DNA of 64,000 bases from Schmidtea polychroa (lineage: Eukaryota): positions 1,302,001 to 1,366,000 of the forward strand of contig CM097888.1 of NCBI GenBank assembly GCA_044892525.1, read 5' to 3'. The notes beneath the pieces are model-generated. The model was not told where the DNA came from and searched no databases. It saw only the letters and a list, made by a program, of their open reading frames with translations. Positions 41,378 through 52,599 of the stretch are shown piece by piece. The translations under genes were made by a program, and so were the position numbers. Positions within the stretch are counted from its first letter, which is position 1, and each line of letters begins with the position of its first letter.

Positions 41378-44300
41378 TCACAGATCAATTCGATAATAAT
41401 ACGTCATATCAATATCATTTTCATCATTGGCATCATTGAAATTTGGACTTCGACCTCCGAATAGTGGACGAATTTCTGAAATTACTTGATCAACATCTAA
41501 GGCATCTATTCCTAAAAAATGTCCAAACGCGAGACTTGAATTTTTCCCCACCCATAATCGTTTGTCATCGTTGTTTGACAATGCGATCTTGGTATTTTTA
41601 AACGTAAGAAGCTGGTGGTTGCGCGTCCCTATTCTAGTTTGTGGCACTGTATATACTACGCTGTTGTTGTAGCAGTCTAAATAAGACTGGTGCCCAATTT
41701 GAGTCCCTATCAATTTGACTCCCTTTGCTTTTAAATGATCTTTAGCCCCTAACAAACTATAGCACTTGGGTCTTAAGAAAACCCACTCCTTATACCCAAG
41801 ACCTTTACTTTCATCTTTAAACTTCCCTATCACAGAATCAAGGTTTCTCGAGTATAAGGGATGTGCTGGGTCATAGTTGCTAGTATCTAAAAGATTGTCA
41901 CGAATCATTGCCGGCAAAAGAGTGTCAAGCTTACAATGCTTTATCTCTAAGAAAAAGGAGTCAGTGTCACCGGCAACGATATTTATATCACAATTAAATT
42001 CATACCTGTACTTTGCCAATTCCACATATTGTAGTTGATACATTCTTAGTTTAGACAAATCTAACACTGTTTGACCAATGTAACTAGGTCTGTCTAAACA
42101 TATAGAATCTTTATCCAGATGAGCCGCAATCAGATCATCGGCAATTTTGATAGATTTTCTGAAAGTAGGTTTTGAAGCATATACAATCATCTTTTCAGCT
42201 GAATTGCATAGCCTCAAATTCATCCGTTTTTTAAGGTTTTCCACGGATTTCCCATACAGACTATTATTAAATAGCTTATATAAATCTCTGTGCAGCTCGC
42301 ATGTAGAATTGGCTCGTAAATTAGTGTTTTTGTCTATGTACGATTTAAAAATGGGTGCATGCTTAAATTTAATTGCCCTATGTACTTTTTTAATAATAGC
42401 CCCCAATTCTATATACAACTTCAGAAGTCGCCAATGAAGAACATGGTTCTTCTTCGGCCAATGCGTGAGCATCAGCTTCTCAACTTTAGAATTTGGCGGG
42501 TACATCTTTTCCGGAGCAATCGGAAAATCATTCAGAAACTCATGCAAACAATCAGGTATATCAATATCAACCTCTATAGTATAGCCATATGGAAGGATTT
42601 CAATATCATCATTCATACATTCATTCAAGACAGAATCAAGATCATCATACACCCATTCAAAGTCAGTATAAGGCAGATTTTGGCTCAAGGCCCAACCATA
42701 CAAGTTATTAATATCAATATACAAGAGTTCTGTGTCTTCAGAACTTACAACAAAATGTTTGTTAACAAATGTTAACCCACCCCGTATCCCTCCCTCATAG
42801 AAATTAAACATTTCCATGTCCTGCAAAAGTTCTATAGGTTCCGTTAATGTCATAAGCGCAGAGGCCCATGACATACCGGGAATGCCATAGAAATTAAGAG
42901 GCTCAAGACCATTATATGCAATGGCCTTTTCACGGAATTGTTGAAAATAGTCTGCGAGGAGAAACACGTCTAATTTAAGGTAGATTAACATGTAATCTAA
43001 CATGTTGTTGCAGTTTTGCTGAGTCCAAATAACTTGGGCTAATGCATACTCATCATTAGACACTGAATCCCAGATCGGTGGTAGTTCAAGAGTCGATTCC
43101 AGAACCTCAAGAGATGTGGCAAAGTCATAAGGAAAGATACCTTTGGCTCGAACAATTGCGCCATCAAAAACAGAAGAAGTTAAAGGCAGATCGGAAAGAG
43201 TCTTAACCGCTTTTGCTAAAGATGAATTAACAAACTGCATGCTGTCAATAAAACGAACAGGCAATTTGTTAATATACGCAATGAGGGAGATGAATTTTTC
43301 AGTAGTAGTCGGAATAATATTTAATTCCCAAGAAGGAAAATTATTCAAGCCATACTTCAAAATATGATGGAGATCATACCCCCTCAAATTATGAAACACA
43401 ACCGGTAACTGTCTCTGAATTCGCCGAGAAACATTACATTTCCTACAAGCAGCACCAAGATACTTGCCTGAGAAGTGGCAATGGTCCCTAACTCTATCTC
43501 TAATGAATTTTTTACACAGATAACAGGTTCTCGAATCTCTATATGCCCGTTCTTCAATGAAAGACAAAGTTTGCATGGGCTTTTTCCCATTAATTTCGTA
43601 ATATGGCAGGACAATTGTGACAGCAATTTCCTCCACCTTACGAAGGAAAGACAACGCACAATCATCACCAACAAACTCATAATAAAATCTAGTGTTATTA
43701 TAATTATTAATTAATAACATGCCTGCTGTTATTGGCAAGTGCTTTTGATGGTTTATTATATCCTCGGGTAAAATTGCCTCAAAATCGGCATATATCACGA
43801 ATGGCGGGGTGATTGTCTTCGCATAATTTTGAAAAATTAAATTTTTCTCTTTAGGTAGGGTGAATAAAGTAGTACCTATCTGGTTTTTTATGCATAAGGC
43901 GACATGAATATCAAATGCATTTTTATGTCTAAAACCATTGAGACAATGGGGACACCAGTTCACTCTAATCCAAAGGTTGCAGGAGCTACTGGGATGTGAG
44001 TTCATTAATTTTTGTAAGTTAAAAACTGCGGTATAATGGAAATTATCACCGTCTTCCAATAAAAGTAAGTATATGGGTTCACCACCTATAACTTTAGAGC
44101 GGTGAATAATATCTAAATGAGGATGATGGGGAATATAGTTACTATCATCGTTTTCTATAGGCTTAGCTGGGTTTTTCCTATAGGTTAATACATTAATTGA
44201 TAAATTTAATTCCTTATTTTTCCTTTCAAATTTAGGGATATCACATAATTTCATGGGGCAATCATCTATGGGGTCAAAATTTAACTCGTCACGATAATTT

Positions 44301-45091
44301 TCATAGGAACTAACACGATTTCTATGATGACGTATAACATTGCATTTTAACAGTGCTAAAATACTATATATAAAGCACATATCGTCGGTGTTTTTGACGT
44401 TTACTATTGCTTTTTTAGAATTTAAAGCTGATGGGGTGGGTATATAACTATGTCCAGCTAGCCTATTCATATGTGTATATTTAGTTAAGATAAAATCTAT
44501 CTCTTTGATTTTAACCACCCGCCATCCGCTACCCAAATATGTGAATTTTTCAATTTTATTATTTAATCTGGTGATTCCATTCATTAAAAAATTATCTGAA
44601 AAAACCTCTGCATTATTAGAGAAAAAATTATCTCTAATTTCCCCATCTTTTTCGAATTGGATTAAAACGGTGAATTGTATTTTAACTGTGCCCATACCTA
44701 CGATTTCGGTAATTAATTTATTTGTCATCTTATTTGTAATGAAAACTTGTACCAAGTTATCCTTTTCCATATTAAATCGTAAATTCTTTCTAGCCCCCTT
44801 AAAATCTATCTCAATTTCAGGTTCATCGTCAATATCGATCGAACCACCTATTTGATTATATATTGAATCACCAGTTGTATTAATTTTAACAATTTTAGAG
44901 GGAACACCAGACCCAAAACTAACAGCAGGCCGTTTATTATTATTTAGAATATTATTTATTTTAGTATTTAGATTCGTATTTAGATTAGTATTATTTACAT
45001 TATTATTTACATGTTTTGTATTATAATTTATAGGTTTTGTATTTAGGTGTTTTGTTGTATTATGTGTTGATTGTTGTATTTTAATAAACAA
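41378..45091 (-). CDS. polB: Protein-primed family B DNA polymerase (Polinton type) with an N-terminal OTU-like region and an endonuclease VII-like Zn insert
   Basis: ExoI YADFE, ExoII HNLRGYD, ExoIII YLKLDV, motif A DINNLYG, motif B KLFNNSLYGK, motif C GDTDS and KCY. Also GSGW...SYIPTP...NVKNTDDMCF...HY, CPHC..H..C and CYLC...RDHCHFSGKYLGAACRKCN. No stops over 1237 codons; the true start is uncertain (track start is TTG). Confidence 0.95.
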   Translation of the reverse strand: MFIKIQQSTHNTTKHLNTKPINYNTKHVNNNVNNTNLNTNLNTKINNILNNNKRPAVSFGSGVPSKIVKINTTGDSIYNQIGGSIDIDDEPEIEIDFKGARKNLRFNMEKDNLVQVFITNKMTNKLITEIVGMGTVKIQFTVLIQFEKDGEIRDNFFSNNAEVFSDNFLMNGITRLNNKIEKFTYLGSGWRVVKIKEIDFILTKYTHMNRLAGHSYIPTPSALNSKKAIVNVKNTDDMCFIYSILALLKCNVIRHHRNRVSSYENYRDELNFDPIDDCPMKLCDIPKFERKNKELNLSINVLTYRKNPAKPIENDDSNYIPHHPHLDIIHRSKVIGGEPIYLLLLEDGDNFHYTAVFNLQKLMNSHPSSSCNLWIRVNWCPHCLNGFRHKNAFDIHVALCIKNQIGTTLFTLPKEKNLIFQNYAKTITPPFVIYADFEAILPEDIINHQKHLPITAGMLLINNYNNTRFYYEFVGDDCALSFLRKVEEIAVTIVLPYYEINGKKPMQTLSFIEERAYRDSRTCYLCKKFIRDRVRDHCHFSGKYLGAACRKCNVSRRIQRQLPVVFHNLRGYDLHHILKYGLNNFPSWELNIIPTTTEKFISLIAYINKLPVRFIDSMQFVNSSLAKAVKTLSDLPLTSSVFDGAIVRAKGIFPYDFATSLEVLESTLELPPIWDSVSNDEYALAQVIWTQQNCNNMLDYMLIYLKLDVFLLADYFQQFREKAIAYNGLEPLNFYGIPGMSWASALMTLTEPIELLQDMEMFNFYEGGIRGGLTFVNKHFVVSSEDTELLYIDINNLYGWALSQNLPYTDFEWVYDDLDSVLNECMNDDIEILPYGYTIEVDIDIPDCLHEFLNDFPIAPEKMYPPNSKVEKLMLTHWPKKNHVLHWRLLKLYIELGAIIKKVHRAIKFKHAPIFKSYIDKNTNLRANSTCELHRDLYKLFNNSLYGKSVENLKKRMNLRLCNSAEKMIVYASKPTFRKSIKIADDLIAAHLDKDSICLDRPSYIGQTVLDLSKLRMYQLQYVELAKYRYEFNCDINIVAGDTDSFFLEIKHCKLDTLLPAMIRDNLLDTSNYDPAHPLYSRNLDSVIGKFKDESKGLGYKEWVFLRPKCYSLLGAKDHLKAKGVKLIGTQIGHQSYLDCYNNSVVYTVPQTRIGTRNHQLLTFKNTKIALSNNDDKRLWVGKNSSLAFGHFLGIDALDVDQVISEIRPLFGGRSPNFNDANDENDIDMTYYYRIDL

Positions 45092-45118
45092 TTTCTTTTT
45101 ATTTAAAGAGAACCGAAT

Positions 45119-45298
45119 TTAATGCGATTTGTGAATATTATAAAACTCTATATATTTAATGCGTTGGGAAGTCTCGCATATTGGACATATAAAGTAGTTG
45201 ATGCCATAGAATCTATGACCGTAGTATTTTTTCATATTTTTATGGCATATATTTGTATGATCATTTGATGACATGCAGTAGCGTGGGTATAATTTACC
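45119..45298 (-). CDS. Small Cys-containing ORF or exon upstream of polB
   Basis: A 51-aa ORF from ATG at 45274 (MSSNDHTNICHKNMKKYYGHRFYGINYFICPICETSQRIKYIEFYNIHKSH*), preceded in frame by an acceptor-like TTTATCAG. Confidence 0.3.
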   Translation of the reverse strand, partial: GKLYPRYCMSSNDHTNICHKNMKKYYGHRFYGINYFICPICETSQRIKYIEFYNIHKSH

Positions 45299-45639
45299 TG
45301 ATAAATATATATCAAATATATTAATAGATTTAAAAATTAATAGTTAATTGCATTTATATTTAATGTCTTTATTAACAATTCTTAAGCAGTTTTTATCGCA
45401 TAATAATTATAAAACGGAATAATAATCGGAATACATATATAATTTATTGTAATATTTTTATTATCAGAGGTATAAAATATGGGAGATATCATAAATATTA
45501 TTATCATTGTTATTATTATTATTATATCTAATATTACTATTTTTTTTTATTTTTTAATATTATTATTAGAGAGTAGTTGAGTGCTCAATGCAAACTATGC
45601 TTGACAATTAATATTTTCAAAGTATTATTTCTATTCAAT

Positions 45640-46541
45640 TATTAATTTCAACATCATTTTCAGGAACATATTCATATTTGTCCTAATTTTCAGATTTTTC
45701 ATAATTATCTTCAGAAAGATTTTCATAATTTTCAGGAACATTTCATAATTTTCAACATTTTCATTATAATTTCAGGAACGTCTTCATAATTTTCAGATTT
45801 TTCATAATTATTTTCATAAACATTTTCATAAGTTTCTGGAACGTTTCATTATTTTCAACATTTTCATAATAATTTCAGGAATATTTTCATCATTTTCAAC
45901 ATTTTCATAATTTTCAGCATTTTCATCATTTTCAGCATTTTCATAATTATTTCCGGACACATCTTCATAATTTATATGTGGTTATTAAACAAATTAATTA
46001 TCAAACACAATTTTAAATTAATTTTAAAAATAATAATAAAATATAACTAACATTTTGATTCTATATCGGAATCATCCTCAGATTCATCCCCATAATAAAC
46101 GGAGGCATGATTAATTTTCTCCTCAATAGACGTGAGGGCATATTCATCAGAAACATTATTAATATTTGGGGCATATTCAACATTCGAGGTATCATCACCT
46201 AAAGTTTTTGTAATTCATTAATTAAATGAAATAAATTTACCCGTTGATTCCATGATAATATTTCGGGTATTGTCCTCAATAACATTTTCACCGTCATTAA
46301 TAGGCTGATCAACTAAATAATTTTATTTTCAATTAAATTTTAAAAATAAATTTACTTAATAAAAGATCTTCTTTTTTGTCACTAATAATAATTGGCAGAT
46401 CTTGATTATAGTTGTCGGCCTCGGTGACTTCATACCATAAATTCTCTAAAATAATAAATAATAATAATAATAAAAATAAAATAATTTACCGTTTTCTCCA
46501 GCCAACATGGCGCGTAAAATATTATCTAATTCATCGTCCAT
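45640..46541 (-). CDS. Spliced acidic low-complexity gene inside the Polinton; 3' E/N-repeat part decaying
   Basis: Exons 46541-46490, 46445-46356, 46312-46241 and 46198-46052 are joined by phase-1 GTAAAT...AG introns of 44, 43 and 42 nt. They give a stop-free MDDELDNILRAMLAGENENLWYEVTEADNY...DESEDDSDIESK. The downstream NYENAENDEN repeats contain frameshifts and a TAG. Confidence 0.65.
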
Positions 46542-46896
46542 TTTTAATCGAAAATTTTTTAGTCGAAAATTTGTAAAATTTAAAAATAATTGTGACGAAT
46601 TTGAAAATTGTAACTGCTTATAAAGAAAATAAATATTTTCCGGTCCAATCAGAATCAAGGAAGGGATAGGACAAAATACATTACGTTGCGGTATTTTAAA
46701 ACTTAAATATATTTTAAAAACACATTTTGACACTAAAGTTGATTTATTTAATATTTTCATAATTTGCATCAATTTCATGATTATTTTCAATATTTTCACG
46801 ATTTTCAATATTTTCATGATTGTTTTCTTCAAAAATCGTAATATATTTACAAATTATTATTATTATTTTTTATATTATTATTATTATTATTATTAA

Positions 46897-46938
<42 letters not shown>

Positions 46939-46996
46939 TATTAATATTTAAAAAAAAATTAAAAATAATATCAATAATAAAAAAAATCAAGAAATC

Positions 46997-47360
46997 ATGT
47001 GTGTGTATTATACACAAAACAATATACATAGTTTTTAACCAATCCAATTTATAGAAAATTAAATTTTATCTATATATTATATTAATAAAATCCCAAGAAA
47101 ATTACGTTAAATGTATGAAAAATACAAATTTATTGTAAAAACATGTGTGTATTACACACAAAACAAGATACATAAATTTTAATCAAGCTATTTTATAGAA
47201 AATTAAATTTTATCTATATAATATATGAATAAAAATCCAAGAAAATTACGTTAACCACGCGGAAAAATACAAATTTATTGAAAAAGCATGTGTGTATTAC
47301 AGACAAAGAAACAAACTGAAATTGTAATTGTGCCATTTTGTAGAAAATTAAATTCTGCCT
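46997..47360. repeat. Three imperfect tandem copies of an approximately 145-bp unit within the element
   Basis: CATGTGTGT...TATTA recurs near 46997, 47142 and 47288, each followed by TAGAAAATTAAATT. Confidence 0.7.
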
Positions 47361-47649
47361 ATACATGGTTAGACTTAAATCTCGATCAGACCCATGAAAA
47401 GAGACATAAAAGAGAAAAAACAGTAGAGTAGATGGTATGGGGCCATCCATACCAGGGGCCCGCAAGAAAAAAAAAATAATAATAATAATATTTATATTTA
47501 TATTGCATTAGACTTTAAAATAAGCTATCGATCAATAAATTCGGATAATGGGAACGATAACTTTTGGGCAAACAAAAACCAGAGGTCCTCTGGACCACTA
47601 ATAATATTTTGAATAACAATAATAAAATAATAATATTTTTTAAAAATAA

Positions 47650-48160
47650 TAATATGACCTTGATGAGTCATCACGATGAGTCATATGACCTTGGGAATGA
47701 CCTTGGATGAGTCATGCAACCTTGAAATGGCCTTGATGAGTCATGGTCTTTGTTTAAATGACCTTGATGAGTCATATGTCTTTGTTTGAAATGGCCTTGA
47801 TGAGTCATGGTCTTTGTTTAAATGACCTTGATGAGTCATATGTCTTTGTTTAAAATTTGACCTTGAAAAAATAATATTTTGAAAAATAATAATATGACCT
47901 TGAAAATAATAATATTTTGAAAAATAATAATATGACCTTGAAAATAATAATATTTTGAAAAATAATAATATGACCTTGAAAATAATAATATTTTGAAAAA
48001 TAATAATATGACCTTGATGAGTCATCACGATGAGTCATATGACCTTGGGAATGACCTTGGGTGAGTCATGTGACCTTGAAATGACCTTGATGAGTCATGG
48101 TCTTTGTTTAAATGACCTTGATGAGTAATATGTCTTTGTTTAAAATTTGACCTTGAAAAA
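47650..48160. promoter_or_regulatory. Subterminal motif array: about 16 TGACCTTG and 11 TGAGTCA sites
   Basis: Counted by eye. It includes a direct duplication with 354-bp spacing (47652 and 48006). One inverted copy, TCAAGGTCA, lies near the left end (40870-40878). Confidence 0.6.
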
Positions 48161-50270
48161 AAATGTACTTTTAGACTTAGAATATTTTTTTAAAATTTTC
48201 CGGCCGGGGGGGAGGGGGTATGTGGTCCAGCGGAGTCCTGGTCTAGCGGTGCCCTATCTATCTACTCTCGGCGTATCTTCATTCGGCTGTCAACGCTTGT
48301 TTCCTAATTGGGAGAATCTTTGGGAGTATTTTTTCACAGTTCAATCCTACTGCAATGATTTTAACATTTAACTCTTTCAATGTTTTATTTGTGTTGGTTT
48401 TGTTATTTTTCAGTAACGATTACGCAATCGCCTTGTGGATCGGAGCATGTGGAATGAGATTCTGCAATTCTGTTGTGTATCCGACTGGAACCAGCTATAT
48501 AAATCGGTTTATAATCGTGTCCAGCACTTTGATATCTATAGCATTTCTTGGAGGGACAATGGGAGTGATATTCGGGCAATATACTGGGGGCTTTGTAATT
48601 GATAATTATCCTTCCTATTGTATTTTATACATTTGTTTGGGGTCCATGTGTATGTTACTTGGGATTACCATTTTGATTATTATCGTGGGATCGCATGCTG
48701 GGGTAAGGGTTTTCTCGGAAGATAAAACCGTCGAAAAGCGAGAAGAGTTCAATTTATCTTCAAAATGAATTTGATTATCATTAGTTATAAATTTATTTTG
48801 TATTTTAATTATTAATTAGCTATATTTTTTACTTTTTATCTCAATTTTACAGCTGAAAATCAGATTCTTTCAGTAGAATCTCGTCAAAGTGTTTTATTTT
48901 GAACATCGCAATTACGAGACTTGCATATTTATTATCATAAACGAGAAAATCGCTTATTTATTTCACAATGTTAAAACAAATTAGTTTCAGTAAATTTTTA
49001 AGAACTCTGATTATAATTATAAAATTTTAAATATTCAATGGGAAACTTTTTAAAAATTAAATAAAATATTAAAAATATTTACATAATTTTTAAAATATAA
49101 ATAAAAAATATTCTAAAATAAAATACCCTAAAATTTAAAAAAATCTTTTTTGTAAAACTATAATTTTTATTGCCATTTAATAAAAAAAAAATTAATTATA
49201 AACAATTTATTGCGACTTATTAAAATTTATTTTTGAATGGAAGTAATTAACATTAAAAATAGTGAAAAGAATAATAATTCTAACAAANNNNNNNNNNNNN
49301 NNNNNNNNNNNNNNNNNNNNNNNNNNNNNNNNNNNNNNNNNNNNNNNNNNNNNNNNNNNNNNNNNNNNNNNNNNNNNNNNNNNNNNNNNNNNNNNNNNNN
49401 NNNNNNNNNNNNNNNNNNNNNNNNNNNNNNNNNNNNNNNNNNNNNNNNNNNNNNNNNNNNNNNNNNNNNNNNNNNNTTAAAATATATAAAAATCTTAAAA
49501 TTAATAATAATAATATTAATAATAATATTAAAATATATAAAAATCTTGGAAATACTAAAATATTTTCCTATATTATTTGCTATTCCTTGATGTCAGAGAA
49601 AAATTGTTACTGAAATATTTCCCAACTATCGCAAGCGACATTAAAATTTTTTCAATCTTTCAAGTAAAATTTGGCTTCAATATTTTGAAAAAATAAAATT
49701 ATTACCAAACGATTAAATTTATTTTGTGTTTATACTAATTTTGGATTATTTTTAGTTAGAATGAGAAATTGTAAAAATCAAATGGAAGGAGGGATGACAT
49801 GTAAAATTGGGAAACGAGAATCAACATATTAAACAATGAAAATAAGTGCAAATTGAAAATGGCAATTGGATAAAAAATTATTAAAATAAAAAAATTATGA
49901 ATTTTTATCTCGACAGCTTGTCTAGGATAACTGTTGCACTAAATAAATGCAACAAACACTCAAAATAATTTTTTTAGGAAATATTGTATTTTACAACTTA
50001 TCGAGTGTTACATCTCAATGATTTGTAATGCAAATGGTCACACATATTGATTGAGCCACAGATGGATAACATTCAATCAATTGACTCGAACGCTGCTGCA
50101 AATATTTTCAGACATAATTTCATATTAAAAAATAAGGGCATTCCATGAAACCCAAATTTAGCTGGCGATCAAATTTAATGGAAATACAAAATAGGGATAA
50201 ATGTTGTAGGGATCAATGTTACGGTTTTAAAATTGAAATTATTTCCTTTGAGCGTATAATTATTTTAAAG

Positions 50271-50330
50271 GTTTTTTCGTTATTTAACACAAACATTCGG
50301 CCCAATCATTGTGTTAAATAGCGGGAAAAT
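50271..50330 (+). ncRNA. Candidate pre-miRNA-sized hairpin
   Basis: 50271-50292 pairs fully with 50309-50330 (22 bp, four G-U pairs) around a 16-nt loop. Confidence 0.35.
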
Positions 50331-52599
50331 ATCAATCTGTAATCTAAATGAAGATAAATGAAATTTTAAAAGAAAATCGCAGATCTAGGTGTACAGAAAA
50401 TTAAATGATTTTATTGATGAAATTATTTTGAAAATAAAAGTTGAATGAAAACCAAATAAAAAGGGAAATTTAAAAATGATTCGGAGTTAAATTAAACACC
50501 AAAGAAAATTATATAGGGCAGCAAAGCTAAGAAAAAGGGCATAATAACATGCAAATAGTATAGAATTGGCAACACGAAATGATAATTGAATCTGGAAAAC
50601 AAAATAGGAATAGAAAAGATATCTTAAAAACATATTTAGCAAACAACTTTCAAATAAAAAATTCAAAAAGAGAAATAATGCATAAAATAGAAAATTCTTT
50701 AGTAATTTCTAAGAATCAGCCGAGCTGAATAATCAACGTGAAAAGTCAGTAAAATAAATTTCTGAGAGCCATTATCAAGAAGGAAATACAGATTGCACTT
50801 AATAGTCGTTTTCTTTCCAAGTGACTCTCAGGGAATTTGTTAGAAGGAGATTGTCATAAATAGATATTTCTGAAGAAGTTTGAGCTTAATGTCATTAATT
50901 ACAAAGATGTTTATAGAAATAATATATTTCATGTTTGATTTTTATCAAATAATTCTATTTCATTTCTATATATTAGTAATCAATGTGTTGGGCTGGAACT
51001 GATTTCTAGACCCAAACTACTAATTGTGACTGAAACGTGCAGGTACACAACATGTAAAAAGCAAAAAGTATAGTTAAATTTGGAAAACCACACCAAATAA
51101 ACAATAGTAATTAAAGGAAAAAACAACAAAATCCTAAACCCTGAAATTAAATAAAATTATACAAAAGCAAGAAGTGATGCAAAAACTAACTCAAAAATAA
51201 CCAAATAAACATAGAATTACCAAAAGCAAACTCGAATAACTTAAAAGACGATAAAAACAGTAAAACATTCCAGAAAAACCCAGAACATTCTATAAAAATG
51301 GCGATGACCAACACAAAAGTCATCTAGAACAACAAAAGTTAAGGAAAATAAATAAATTAGTATTAAAAACAAAAATCTCAAAAAGAAATTCATAAAAACA
51401 TCAGTTAAAATAAAAATTAAATTAAAAGTAAAATAGAATGTTCTGGAACCGTTCCAAATCCATCATGGACGTAAATTTAATGAAAAATAATTAAAAAATA
51501 AAAATATAAGAATAAAAACAAAAATTATGGCACAAAAATTGCCATTAAAAATAGCAAAATCGTAAAATAGAAAATTCTGGAATAAAAAGAATTCGAGTTT
51601 GTTTTAATGCATCAATACATACACGTGTACAAAATAGGTATATATACTGACACGTTTCAGTCACAATCATCACTTTTTTATGCCAATATTTTTGTGAACA
51701 AAATTTTTGTCAAGAAAACTAACAGTAAGTAGTTTTCCTTTTGATATTGACATCAATGATTTTAATTGGTCTTAACCCTCTCAAGACCTAACTTGTTTTT
51801 ATTTTTTGACTAATCAGCGGCGTCTTAGTGCGTCTCTATTTAGTCCTGCATTTAATATTTAGTTTAAAATAACGATTCTACATGCAGACAGGCAATATAT
51901 CTTATATATTTTTTTTTGTTTGGTCATCGGAGGTCGGCCACTTCATGGTTCTACCATGGAGTTGTGTCGATAAAACCCCTCCGCTATGGCTCCATATATT
52001 TTATTTATCGGTCGACAGTGATGTTTCGACACAACACTACAATAAGGCTTGTCGTAGCGGTCACAGTGGGGCCGTGTAAGCAAGCATTCTTCCCGAGTCA
52101 ATGCAAACATATTTAAACTCAACATTAAAAATCGTATACAATAGTTTTACACTAAGGTCATAATTGAGTAGAACTCAGACCTAAACTAAACATCATTTTA
52201 CTATCTAGTATTGTAGCCAGTTGAATATCATTAAAAAGGGTTCAGTCATACTTATGTGTCGGCCGAATTTAGACTTCTATAACAGTGTGAAAAAAAAAAT
52301 TTTCTTCGTGATTAAAGTAATTGAACTGATATTCATAAAGATAATCGGCAAGCACATAGGTGGGACTGGATTATGTAACTAATAAATCTAACCTGTAAAT
52401 GGGTAGCCTGAAGTTAACCTCCCCCGATTATAAAACCTAAATTATACATGTATTTCGTCTTTAGGAATATAAAGGATAAATAATTATATCTAAGTCTTGA
52501 TTTTGAAAATATAAATTACCGACATCATATAAATGTATTGTGATTCCAGGAGTATCGAGTATAAATAGTTCCAGCAAAAATTAGACTATGCAAATCTAA

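Larger units (their letters stand above)
40773..48266 (-). mobile_element. Polinton/Maverick-type element, 7,494 bp, apparently minimal (pPolB only among core genes)
   Basis: 53-bp perfect TIR AGTAGATAGATAGGGCACCGCTAGACCAGGACTCCGCTGGACCACATACCCCC (40773-40825; reverse complement 48214-48266), 5'-AG...CT-3' ends, a 6-bp TSD CTCGGC (40767-40772 and 48267-48272) and an internal pPolB ORF. Confidence 0.93.
39737..48768 (+). pseudogene. MFS transporter (MFSD4/sodium-dependent glucose transporter-like) interrupted by the Polinton insertion
   Basis: Hydrophobic MFS motifs (PTLPNL, G..YD, MQIYHLGYGIGG...QPFL) and a GT-AG intron at 40153-40210. Joining 40772 to 48273 gives ...MSQKTSAYLHSAVNACFLIGRIFGS...MILTFNSF with no stop until 48768. 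First-exon boundaries are uncertain. Confidence 0.85.

Noticed and set aside
42147-44855. Small ORFs overlapping polB
   Set aside because: They are antisense or off-frame shadows of the long ORF.
41378-45091. Pipolin, casposon or linear organellar plasmid as the source of polB
   Set aside because: AG...CT TIRs, a 6-bp TSD and the N-terminal and Zn-insert architecture fit Polintons; no tyrosine recombinase, Cas1 or RNA polymerase is present.
47741-48371. ORFs at 47741-48028, 47850-48038 and 48147-48371
   Set aside because: They are translations of the motif array and TIR.
51772-51800. piggyBac-like TTAA-CCCT terminus
   Set aside because: No matching AGGG-TTAA end or transposase was found nearby.
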